Source of the DNA: the human T2T-CHM13v2.0 reference genome, Homo sapiens
Reading direction: 5' to 3' (one strand)
DNA length: 64,000 nucleotides
NCBI RefSeq assembly: GCF_009914755.1
Contig: NC_060935.1
In this document: positions 12,850 to 24,700 of the stretch, in pieces
How the letters are laid out: each line of letters starts with the position of its first letter
How positions within the stretch are numbered: the first letter of the stretch is position 1
Made by a program: the position numbers and the translations under genes
Notes under the pieces: generated by a model
The model's input: the letters and a program-made list of their open reading frames with translations, nothing else
What the model was told of the DNA's origin: nothing
The model's database searches: none

Positions 12850-13650
12850 CCCCTACTCCCGCCCGGCAGCTCCCCGCTGTTAGCACCAGAAATAGTTATC
12901 TGCTAAGAAAACGAAAAGTGTAATGCTGGCTTTACCCCGCGACGCTTTAAAAAACTCCAAAAACCCAGCGTGATGGGGGGTAGGTTTGCCTAGACACAGC
13001 TGAGGCAGCCTTAATAAACTGAGAGGAAGGTTAATTGTCAAAGAGGGTTGAGCCACTAGGAGCAGCAGCAACCTTGGACTAACAGGTGTATCTTCAGCGA
13101 GCACATGTCCCAGCACATGTCCCCACGCCCATCCTTCCATTTAGCGCCACAAACGCAGCCTCTTAAGAGAATGGGAAGTTTGGGAGTCACAGAACGGAAG
13201 CTACCATTGGCCTTAATGGATGTCAACCATTAAGGTAAGCTTGGGAGTCGGAGAACGGAAGCTACCATTGGTTTTAGTGAATGTCAATCTTCACCCGCCA
13301 CTTTTCTTCCTGGCCTCCTTGCCCCTTCCTATTCTGCTGGCTAGTTCTCTCTCGTCATCTGCTGGCCGCACTCGGGAACATACCAAACGCGGAAACGCGC
13401 CTTAGCTTGCCCTGAATACCTGCAAACCGAGGGCTCGGCGTGGTTTTTAAAGGCTTGGCTAGCGTGCCCCCGGCGGTACTAAAAGAGGGCTGCTTGCGCC
13501 AATCTCATTCCCACAGGATGCAAGTACAGAAGCAGAGCGGACGCCCGGAAGGGGTCACAGAGAGACAGGCGGGGCGGTTGACCAGCTGACTGGACTCACT
13601 TTGGAGAAATGCAAATTACCGAGCCACAGTCCAACCAATGGTATCAAAAC
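12850..13650. promoter_or_regulatory. CpG-enriched promoter/enhancer-like patch
   Basis: Local CpG excess relative to the flanks. ETS-like CGGAAG (about 13195, 13256, 13547), CCAAT/ATTGG boxes (about 13206, 13267, 13499, 13635), GC box GGGGCGG at about 13571. Confidence 0.55.
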
Positions 13651-15571
13651 AGAATCTCTACAGATGTAGCTCAGCGAAGATGAATCTCGGCCTCACCCCA
13701 GAGAAATTAAATATATTGGGGGTACCCAGAATCCCCATTTTAAAAAACCTATCCAAGTGATAAGTTTGAACATTAAAGTACAGAGAATCACAAACTGGCA
13801 GAACTCTTTAACTTACAAAAAGGTAATGAAGACCCCCCAAGAGGAAAAGGAATTTGCCCAAGGTCTCCCTGCAAGATCCTAAGAAAACATGAGGCTCTAA
13901 GGTTAAAAACCTAACTGACAACCATTCCCTCCCGCAACTCGTCCTCTGACCTCTAGCAAACTATCCTGTCCTAATCTGTGAAATAGGAGCAACAGTTACA
14001 CCTATCCCAGCAGGTGGCTGCAAATATCAAATGGGACCAAAATGAGTCAACTACCAAGCACCACCCGACTGGAACTACAGGTTGAACTAAATCTTGATCG
14101 CCCTACCCCTGTTCATCTCCCAGTACCACTGTATGAAGGTGGAGGTGAAGCCTGTCTTGAAGAGAGAGAGAGGCTCCTTGGAGCCTCTGGAGTCCGAAGG
14201 TAGATGTTACCTTCCTCTTGAGTGCATTGTCTTCCTAAGATAGGATGGACAACAGGGTCTATATGGAAAGTGTTGGCTGTCAGGGCTTCAAGTCTGGCTC
14301 CTAAGCTGTTGCTGGAGGGTTAGAGACCCCACTCCAGCTCTCTCTAAAATGAGGGCAGCTTGTTAGCAAGAGTGAGTGAGGTGAGCCCTCTATGAACCCA
14401 TGGGAGGAGAGAAAACGAGCATCCCATATAAGCTTTTACATACCCCATTGCAAGCTCCATAATGTGGTGCCCAGGCCCTTATCTCTAACCCATCCCCAGA
14501 AGCCAATTCTCCTTAGCCCTTCCTGCCACTTCTTCCATTGTACATCCAGATGGTTCCCTTCTTCTCTTCTATCAAACTCCTACTCATCTCTCATCCATCA
14601 AGCCCAAATATAAATCTTTCTCTGTGATATACTCGCAAGTTAGAGGCAGTGGTGCCTTCCTCTGTATTCCCAGAACATGTTGTTTGCAACTCTAAATACA
14701 GACATCAGCCTACTGTTAGGGTTCAGGAGCATCTTTTAGGAGTTCATGGGGAAATCACTTTCCATAAATGCTGGCCTTATTCCCTAACTTCACCAGACCT
14801 GACCTTAGTGCTTCATCCATTCCCACCTCTCCTGACCATGTAAGAGGCCTTTTCTTCTTATTGGTTTGAAAAACACAAAATGACCCAACCACCAGTTATG
14901 TGGCCAAAAGAATTCTTGTCACATTATAATCAAATCCAGCCAACAAGATGCTTTGTGGCAAGTGAACGTTCCTTTTCAGGGCAAACACTGTCCCCAGGAA
15001 TGTGAGACAACTTCCACAGCCCCATATAAGTATTAGCTGGAAGTGAGGCTTCGTTGGTGGCTCAAAAGATTCCCTGAGCACCCCTACGCTGTCGCTGATG
15101 TCAAATTGCAGTGGGATTGCATCAAATCTCTCAGAGCACAGCTGCAAAGAGAAACGCAAAGCTAGAGCTCTACTCTGGACCCATAGCTCTAGGCAGTTAG
15201 TTTCTCTGTGAGGTTCAATTTTATACATAAGGAAGAAATGGAAGATTGCTACCAAAAATGACATCATGTTACTTATTCTAATCGTGTGGTTCAGTTGCTA
15301 CTCCAGTGATGAGCAAGTAAAGAGGAATTAGAAGCATGACTATTCCTAGGCTCAAGGAGCAGGGAAGTTCTGGAATTGGGTGTGTGGCAGTGCTGCTTGG
15401 AGTGCCATTACAAAGGGGCAAGACTGGTTCACTGGGAGGTAAAATATAGGGCACCTAAGAGACAAGGGGTCTGGGAAACAAGGCAGACTTTTGTAGTTAT
15501 CATTTGCTCTGATATCTCTCCACGAACTTTCTTCTCCCTTTTAATTTTCTCTGTACTTTAATTACATTTCT

Positions 15572-16087
15572 TTTTAGGGACAGGCCCCCAAATCTGGCCA
15601 TAATCTGGCCCCAAAACTGGCCATAAACAAAATCTCTGCAGCACCGTGACATGTTCGTGATGGCCATGAAGTCCACGCTGAGGGTTGTGGGTTTACTGGA
15701 ATGAGGGCAAGGAACACCTGGCCCACCCAGGGAGGAAAACTGCTTAAAGGCGTTCCTAAGCCACAAGCAATAGCATAAGCCATCTGTGCCTTAAGGAAAT
15801 GTTCCTACTGCAGATAACTAGCCAGAGCCCATCCCTCTGTTTTGGCACATTCCTTTGTTTTCTGCAAGGAATACTTTTAGTTAATCTATAATCTATAATC
15901 TATAGAAACAATGTTTATCACTGGCTTGCTGTCAATAAATATATGGGTAAGTCTCTGTTTGAGGCTCTCAGCTCTGAAGGCTGTGAGACCCCTGATTCCC
16001 ACTCCACACACTGTATTTCTGTGTGTGTGTCTTTAATTCCTCTAGTGCGACTGGGTTAGGGTATCCACGACTGAGCTGGTCTTGGCA
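15572..16087 (+). mobile_element. MER9 solo LTR (HERV-K9/HML-3)
   Basis: acaggcccccaaatctggccata...ctggccccaaaactggccataaacaaaatctctgcagc, ending ...ttggCA. 6-bp TSD ATTTCT (15566-15571, 16088-16093), typical of betaretroviral integrase. Confidence 0.88.
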
Positions 16088-16095
16088 ATTTCTCA

Positions 16096-16421
<326 letters not shown>

Positions 16422-16559
16422 TTACCATCATAAGTCCTAGCTTCCCTCTCTTTCTCCCTCCATGTGTCTTTTATTTTTATCTATGTTCTTCTCTCCCAGA
16501 TTCACCCTCTGGCCCCTTCTTAAGGCTCCGTGGGCATTCACCCTCACGTGTTGAATGTC

Positions 16560-17100
16560 CACTTCCCTCCTTATTTTTTAACTGGCATGGATTAGCATCT
16601 CAAAGTCAACAGGTCAAAAGTAGAATTACTGATACACACACACATACACACACACACACAGCCCAATCCTGGCATACACAGCGTCTCCTTCCTCAGTCTT
16701 CCCCATATCAGTTAATGGAGACTTTATCCTTCTAGTTGCTTAAGTCAAAAGCCCAGGAATCATCACTGAGCCCTCTTTTTCTCTTATTTATGGAACATCC
16801 ATAAGCAAATTCCATGTGCTGGCCTTTCAAAATATATGTGGAATCCAGCCATTTCTAACACCTCCACCATTACCACCTGAGGCCGGGCTCCGAAATCTTT
16901 GCAATCCTGGGACAGACTCTTAGCCGCCTTCTCCCTTCCACATCTCCTCTTGTCCTCCCAGAGTTTGTCCCCCACGCAGCTGCCAGAGTGATTTTTTAAA
17001 ATATGTCAGGTTATATTACTCCCTTGTTTCAAATCCTCCATTTAAAATAAATTTCACATTTAAAACAAAATCCAGACTTCTTCATATGGCTGACCAGGTG
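16560..17100 (+). mobile_element. L2 fragment (contains (CA)n at 16634-16659)
   Basis: gcatctcaaagtcaacaggtcaaaa, atccttctagttgcttaagtcaaaa and aaaatccagacttctt resemble the L2 3' region. Confidence 0.65.
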
Positions 17101-17830
17101 CTTTATGCTAATGGAATGTGCAGATGCTCCTCCCTAAGGAGTGCTTCTTTCCAGGGCAAATTATCTCCAGTGATGTCAGGCAATTTCAACAACACCATTC
17201 TCTACCACCTCTTGCTCTTCATAGCTTTTTTTCTCCAGATTCTATAATGAAAAGAAAATCAAGTTTCCTTGTGCAATGATTTACTCTCCGATGTATATTG
17301 GTGCCAGTCACTTATACTGCTTTCAGATGATTCAAGAATAACAGCGATTTGAGAAAGCTGTCCTTAAGTTTTCTCTTCTGTTTTTCTGTATAATATTATT
17401 TTTACAATTATACTTCCAAAGTTTTCTCTTTCCAAGCACCACAACACCCGTGTAATTTAAGCAGTGATTTCAGGGGTCTCTCTATATTTTACATTAATTT
17501 CAGAAACATGCTCTTGATTATTCCACCAAAACCATCAACTTTTACATCAACATCTGTCCTTCTATGAGTTACAAAATAATTGTCACCATCCCCCCCTTAA
17601 TCAACCATCGTCTCCCCTTCTTTGACCAACTTTTCAAACACCCAATACTGAAAGCATCTCCTTCTATTCAGGTTCTTAGATAGTAAGACGTTCTGTTCTT
17701 AAACAGTAAGATGTTTTCTCAAGCCCCATGCAAAGCACTTCTTTGATCATCACTTTGGGGATACCCAACTCTGGCGTCTTCATCAGGAGGGTAAAGTTCC
17801 ACACTCAGTAATGCGCGTCCTGAGAACAAT
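17100..17830 (-). pseudogene. Processed pseudogene of PKA regulatory subunit RII-beta (PRKAR2B-like)
   Basis: The minus strand gives colinear, intron-less fragments: YPPDE, [101 protein letters not shown]. These match recalled RII-beta motifs ([64 protein letters not shown]). Many stops and indels. Confidence 0.85.
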
Positions 17831-18225
17831 GCCTAAGCAGTGCTGGCCGCTTCCTTATCCAGGCTGGCATTGTCTGTGTTCACCAGCCCGTCCGGGAAGT
17901 TGGATCATTTGCGGAGCAGGCCAAGTCCCTCTAGCCCTCACGCAGGCGTGGGTACAGCCTGCTCTGGAACTTGCAGTAGGCTGGAGTCTGGGCTTCTGCA
18001 TCATCAGGATTGAGCTCTCTCTGCTGCTGCCAACGGATCCCGCCTGGGTGCTAGTCCCGCCACCGCCGCTCACCCCACAGCGGCAGAATGGCAGCAAGTG
18101 CCACACACCAAAGCACCGGGGCGGGATATTTGCCCTGCAGCTCCCGCCAGCGCGCTGCTCTGACGCAAACAAAACGCGGGGAAAGCGCGAAACCGCCAGG
18201 TGCCTCCCACTCAGGGATGTCAGGG
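17830..18225. promoter_or_regulatory. CpG-rich patch, probably the GC-rich 5' end of the PRKAR2B-like retrocopy
   Basis: Many retained CpGs (ccgccgc, gcgcgc, acgcgggg, agcgcgaaaccgcc) directly 5' of the retrocopy on the minus strand. Protein similarity here is too weak to confirm by eye. Confidence 0.5.
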
Positions 18226-18899
18226 AGGTGACTGGGGTCTAAGTCATGGAGAACTTAGAGGGGCTGTTACAAGGAATTTGTGTCTCTCTGAATGAGACTG
18301 GGTGTTACCCCTGCAGTAGCAGGGGTTGCACAAAGGAATAACAAAATCTGGCTTTTGTTTTAAAAGGAGCATTCTGTTTTTCCATTGAGAAAAGACTAAA
18401 GACATTCTCCATCCAGAAAAGACTGCCAGGAACTCTGAAGTATCTAAAAGCTTACCCTACTTGGAGCACAGTTTCATAAATGCTGGCAGATGACACAAGC
18501 CTCCTGGATCAAAGACAGTATTTTATGATTCATTCAACAGGCAGAATGATTTTTGTGTTTGTGTCAGTCATCCTTGCTCCATAAGTCCTGCAGAGGTAAT
18601 ACAGAACAGCAGATTAATGTTGCAAATGCAATAGTTGTGTGTTGCAGCCAAGGAACCCTGAATTTAGGGAACACGTATGTTTTATAATGAACTGCAAGCA
18701 AACCTATCTGAACTTTGCTCCAGAGGAAGACATTATCTTTTTTATACTTAACAGTAAGCAAACCTGCCCTCTGCTTCAGAAGAAAACAGTATCTCTAGCT
18801 TCCAAGCTGTCCTCTTTACAAACATCCTTGAAAAGCTAGTCAGGAGCAAAGACTGTCAAAGTCTCTGCTCATAAGATATGCAGAAATGTGAGAGGTCAT

Positions 18900-19605
18900 G
18901 AAGAATTTTCCTCCAACCAGAATTATCAGGATGTCATAATGGATTGGATGTAAAGTGGGAGGGGAAAAGATACTTAAGAATAACTCCAAATGTTTTCATT
19001 TGAACAAGGGAAAAGATGGAGTTGCCATCAACTAAGTTGAGAAAGACTACAGGTAAAGCAGGCTGGGTGGAGAGGGTGGATAAGGAGTTCGATCTGAGAC
19101 ATAATGAGTTTGAGATGGCTACTGGAGGGAATCCAGGAGATGTCAAACAGGCCATTAGATAAATATGTTTTGAGTTTGGAAATGAGTTTGAGTAATAATA
19201 TAAATGTATTAGTCATTGGCAGGTAGATTGATATTAAAGGCATGGGATCAGATGGGATAACCAGGGAGTAAGTGTGGATAAAAATGAGGGCCAATTATTG
19301 AACTCAGAGGTGATCCAAAATGAAGAAATTGGGGAGAAAAGAAGGGTCCACAGAGGAGACTGAGAAGAAGTAACAAGTGAAGCTAAAAGAAGACCAAGAG
19401 AGTGTGTTTTCTTGGAAAGAAGTGAAGAAAGTTCTTTAAAGGATGAGCTATTAAGATGAGAAATAATAATTGACTCTTGGATTTAATAACATAGGCTTTA
19501 AAAAGTGTTTCAGTAGAATGGTAGCAGCAAAATCCCAATTAGATAAGTTTAGGAGGGGGATTGGAGATAGCATGTATAGACAATCCTTTCAGTGAATTTT
19601 GCCAC
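18900..19605 (-). mobile_element. L2 fragment
   Basis: ggaaaagatggagttgccatcaactaag, gagtttgagatg, aataattgactcttggatttaataaca and gtttcagtagaatggt are typical reverse-strand L2 motifs. Confidence 0.7.
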
Positions 19606-19609
19606 AAAG

Positions 19610-20042
19610 TGTTAAAGCAAACTAAATATGGCCTCAGAAGGACTCTGTACTTCTGCATTTGAGTCCTCATGGGGGAACTGTAACCTACCTTAATAGTCAG
19701 ACAAAATTGAAAACCTAATTTAGTAGTGTGCACTTGTGACAATGCTTGAGTGTTAGCCAATCCCAGCAGCCATACTTCAGCCACTCATAGACTACTGAAT
19801 GTTCAAACTGTGTTCAAATAAAGCAAATGCCCAGTTGTTACCAATCTCACTGTGTCTGTACCTCACTTCCTGTTTCTGTACATCACTTTACCTTTTTTGG
19901 TCTATAAATTCGTTTTGACCATGAGGCACCCCGGGAGGCTCTGTGAATCTGCTGTGATTCTGAAGGCTGCCGGATTCACAAATTGTTCATTGCTCAATTA
20001 TATTCCTTTAAATTTAATTCAGCTGAAGTTTTTATTTTATCA
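19610..20042 (+). mobile_element. MER57A-like ERV1 5' LTR
   Basis: Starts tgttaaagcaaactaaatatggcct and ends ...ttatCA. CCAAT at about 19757 and 19841, TATAAA at about 19903. Internal sequence follows directly. Confidence 0.8.
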
Positions 20043-20442
20043 GATTATGTCAGAAGCAAATCCGAAGTGGAGTTTCTAGTATACCCAGGAGCACTTAGTA
20101 AACATGGAAGGTACCTGCAGGATCCACTTGTGTCCATTGATCTCTCAGAGTGGCTGAGAATCACAGGTAAGCTTAATCTCACATTTTGGAGCTTCACACA
20201 TTTGTGTTTGGAGCTGAGTTTCTTTGAGCAAATTTCTGATCCAAACTGGGTTTGGAGTTGCAACAGAAAATGGACTGGGTCTAGGAACGGATTTGATCTG
20301 GGAATTAACTGGCTTGGATCCAGTTAGATGCCATTTATGTCTCACTCAGTCAGAAAGAAACTGGTAGTAAGCAGCAATTTACAGGAGTTATAAAATTTAA
20401 CTTTTGACAATTCGCTGGGATTTTTGTATTCTACCCCCTTTG

Positions 20443-20476
<34 letters not shown>

Positions 20477-20915
20477 ACCTAGGGAGGAAAAAAATCATTG
20501 GCTAAGTTAATCAAGAGAGCCTGAGAGTAAAGCCAGTATTTAGAGGTAAAAATTGAATCCTTAATTTCAGGAAAACTGAGTTCCTTCTGGCTTATACATT
20601 AGGCCTCGGAGGCAGCAAAGTCTTACAGAAATGGCAAAATCTTACTAAAGATAACTTAGAGTGGAACATTCCAGTTGAACAACAATGCATTGAAGTACAT
20701 TTAAAAATGAGGGCTCTCAGTAAAGTCTTTTTTGTCTAAACACAGGTTTGGCACTATGGGATGTCAACTGCTATTCTCTTTCGAATAATCTGCCTTGCAT
20801 TCTTTGTTGATGGCTGTGGGTGACAGGATTAGGCATGTAAAGAATCATGATACATAGGGAGCTTTTTTCTTCCCCTTAAAAGAGGGGAAACTTGATAGCT
20901 GATGGGACTACTGGG
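20043..20915 (+). mobile_element. ERV internal leader (MER57-int-like), 3' truncated; (TG)n at 20446-20475
   Basis: Follows the LTR end directly and carries a strong donor CAG|GTAAGC at 20166/20167. No 3' LTR is visible. Confidence 0.7.
20044..20166 (+). pseudogene. ERV-derived upstream exon of the GLYATL1-like pseudogene
   Basis: Acceptor ttttattttatcag at 20043, donors AAG|gtacct at 20110 and CAG|gtaagc at 20166. The peptide SEVEFLVYPGALSKHGRYLQDPLVSIDLSEWLRI resembles the recalled N-terminal extension of long GLYATL1 isoforms. Confidence 0.65.
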
Positions 20916-21329
20916 AAAAAAGAAAAATACAGAAAAATAGCATTTATTCTGTTTTCATAATTCTCATCTTTATGGTTCTAGTGCCTTCCATGTTTTTTTC
21001 AATCTTGCATAAAAATAAAAACATGTCAATGGTACAAAAGAAAATTCTGAAATAAGAAGGAAATCACACATAATTTTGCCACCCAAAAACAACTTTCATG
21101 TTTACTTATTCCCTTCAAGACCTTGTCCACATGCATACATACTTTGGGTAGACATGGACAAGTTATATATTTTGCTTTTTTACACATTATTTATTATAAC
21201 TGCTTTTCTATAGTCTTCCCAGTGACCACTGACTGTGTGCTACTGATATTTACTAACTGTCATTCACAAATTTATTATTTCTCTTCAGTGGACTTTAAAC
21301 TTATTTCCCATATATAATGGAAAATTATT

Positions 21330-21715
21330 TTAGTTATGAAATGTAATTCTGACACATGATACAACATAGGCAAACCTCAAAAACATTATGCTAAGTGAAA
21401 TAAGCCAGGCCTAAAGGGACAAATATCATAGAATTCCATTTATATGAAGTACCTAGTATTGGCAAACTCCTAAAGACATAAAGTAAAATAAAAGTTATTT
21501 TGTGTATATATCCCTAGCCACGGGCTAGGGACAGAGGGAATGAGTAATTGTGGTTTAATAGATATAGTTTCTGTTTAGTATGACAAAAACGTTCTGGAAA
21601 TGGGTAGTGGTGATGCTTATACAGCATTGTGAATGATCACAAACCACTGCGTTGTACGCTTAAATATGGTTAAACAGTAAGTTTTGTGTTATGAGTAATT
21701 TACAATTTTTTAAAA
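21330..21715 (+). mobile_element. Old L1M (L1MB-like) 3' end
   Basis: aacctcaaaaacattatgctaagtgaaataagccag...attccatttatatgaagtacctag...gtagtggtgatg. Confidence 0.7.
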
Positions 21716-21776
21716 GAGTATGGGGAGGGGTCTACCCAGGATTTTACCAGCTAATTGATTCAGAAAAGAAATGTTG

Positions 21777-24700
21777 GGGGGCAGTTCCAAGATGGGCGAA
21801 TAGGAACTGCTCCATTCTATAGCTCACAGCGTGAGTGACGCAGAAGATGGGTGATTTCTGAATTTTCTAACTGAGGTACTAACTGAGGGCTTCATCTCAC
21901 TGGGGCTTGTCAGACAGTGGGTGCAGGACAGTGGGTGCAGCCCACCGAGCATGAGCCAAAGCAGGGCGAGATATCACCTCACCCAGGAAGTGCAATGGGT
22001 CAGGGAATTCCCTTTCCTAGCCAAGGGAAGCTGTTAGAGACAGCACCTGGAAAATCGGGTCACTCCCACCCTAATACTGCACTTTTCCAATGGTCTTAGC
22101 AAATGGCACACCAGGAGATTATATCCTGTGCCTGGCTCAGAGGGACCCACACCCAGGGAGACTCACTCATTGCTAGCACAGCAGTCTGAGATTGCACTGC
22201 AAGGCAGCAGCGAGGCTGGGGGAAGGGCATCTGCCATTGCTGAGGCTTGAGTAGGTAAACAAAGCACCCTGGAGCCCACCGCAGCTCAAGGAGGCCTGCC
22301 TGCCTCTGTAGACTCCACCTCTGGGGGCATGGCATAGCCAAGAAAAAGGCAGCAGAAACATCAGCAGACTGAAATGTCCCTGTCTGACAGCTTTGAAGAG
22401 AGTGGTGGTTCTCCCAGCACAGAGTATGAGATCTGAGAACGGACAGACTACCTCCTCAAGTGGGTCCCTGACCCCCAAGTAGCCTAACTGGGAGGAATCC
22501 CCCAGTAGGGGTAGACTGACACCTCACATGGCCAGGTACCCCTCTGAGACAAAGCTTCCAGAGGAACGATCAGGCAGCACATTTGCTGTTCAGCAATATT
22601 TGCTGTTCTGCAGCCTCCACTGCTGATACCCAGGCAAACAGGGTCTGGAGTGGACCTCCAGCAAACTCCAACAGACCTGCAGCTGAGAGTCTTGACTGTT
22701 AGAAAGAAAACTAACAAACAGAAAGAACATCCACACCAAAACCCTATCTGTACGTCACCATTATCAAAGACCAAAGGTAGATAAAACCACAAAGATGGGG
22801 AAAAATCAGAGCAGAAAAGCTGAAAATTCTAAAAATCAGAGTGCCTCTCCCACTCCAAAGGAATGCAGCTCCTCAACAGCAACAGAAGAAAGCTGGACAT
22901 AGAATGACTTTGCCTAGTTGAGAGAAGAAGGCTTCAGATGATCAAACTTATCCGAGCTAAAGGAGGAAGTTCCAACCCATGGCAAAGAAGCTAAAAACCC
23001 TGAAAGAAGATTAGACGAATGGCTAACTAGAATAACCAATGTAGAGAAGTCCTTAAATGACCTGATGGAGCAGAAAAACATGGCAAGAGAACTACGTGAC
23101 GAATGCAAAAGCTTCAGTAGCTGATTCGATCAACTGGAAGAAAGGGTATCAGTGATTGAAGATCAAATGAATGAAATGAAGTGAGAAGAGAAGTTTAGAG
23201 AAAAAACAGTAAAAAGCAATGAACAAAGCCTCCAAGAAATATGGTACTAGGTGAAAAGACCAAATCTCCGTCTGATGGGTGTACCTGAAAGTGACAGGGA
23301 GAATGGAACCAAGTTGGAAAACACTCTGCAGGATATTATCCAGGAGAACTTCCCCAACCTAGCAAGGCAGGCCAACATTCAAATTCAGGAAATACAGAGA
23401 GTGTCACAAAGATACTCCTCGAGAAGAGCAAGTCCAGGACACATAATTATCAGATTCACCAAAGTTGAAATGAAGGAAAAAATGTTAATGGCAGCCAGAG
23501 AGAAAGGTCAGGTTCCCCACAAAGGGAAGCATATGAGACTAACAGTGGATATCTCAACAGAAACTCTATAAGCCATAAGAGAGTGGGGGCTAATATTGAA
23601 CAATCTTAAAGAAAAGAATTTTCAACCCACAATTTCATATCCAGCCAAACTAAGCTTCATAAGTGAAAGAGAACTAAAATCCTTTACAGAAAGGCAAATG
23701 CTGAGATATTTTGTCACCACCAAGCCTGCCCTACAACAGCTCCTGAAGGAAGCACTAAACATGGAAAGGAACAACCAGTACCAGCTACTGCAAAAACATG
23801 GCAAATTGTAAAGACCATCAATGCTAGGAAGAAACGAATCAACTAATGAGCAAAATACCCAGCTAACATCATAATGACAGGATTAAATTCACACATAACA
23901 ATCTTAGCCGTAAATGTAAATGGGCTAAATGCTCCAATTAAAAGACACAGACTGGCAAATTAGATAAAGAATCAAGATCCATCAATGTCCTGTATTCAGG
24001 AGACCCATCTCACATAGACACATATAGGCTCAAAATAACTCATTTTATGAGGTCAGCATCATCCTGATACCAAAGCCTTCCAGAGGCACAACAAAAAAAG
24101 AGAATTTTAGACCAATATCCCTAATGAACATCGATGCAAATATCCTTAATAAACTACTGGCAAACTGAATCCAGCAGCACATCAAAACACTAACTCATCA
24201 CAATCAAGTGGGCTTCATCCCTGGGATGCAAGGCTGGTTCAACATACACAAATCAATAAACGTAATCCAGCATATAAACAGAAACAAAGACAAAAACCAC
24301 ATGATTATCTCAATAGATGGACAAAAGTCCTTCAACAAAATTCAATGCCCTTCAAGCTAAAAACTCTCAATAAATTAGGTATTGATGGGAAGTATCTCAA
24401 AATAATAAGAGCTATTTATGACAAACCCACAGCCAATATCATACTGAATGGGCAAAAACTGGAAGCATTCCCTTTGAAAACTGGCACAAGACAGGGATGC
24501 CCTCTCTCACCACTCCTATTCAACATAGTGTTAGAAGTTCTGGCCAGGGCAATCAGGCAGGAGAAGGAAATAAAGGGTATTCAATTAGGAAAAGAGGAAG
24601 TCAAATTGTCCCTGTTTGCACATTACATGATTGTATATTTAGAAAACCCCATCGTCTCAGCCCCAAATCTCCTTAATCTGATAAGCAACTTCAGCAAAGT

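Noticed and set aside
15096-15124. CRE-like TGATGTCA beside the C/EBP-ATF element ATTGCATCA
   Set aside because: A given 9-mer is expected about 0.5 times by chance in 64 kb on two strands, and there is no other support.
17811-18242. 143-aa (+) and 105-aa (-) ORFs as real genes
   Set aside because: High GC content suppresses stop codons and neither protein is recognisable. The region is better explained as the 5' end of the retrocopy.
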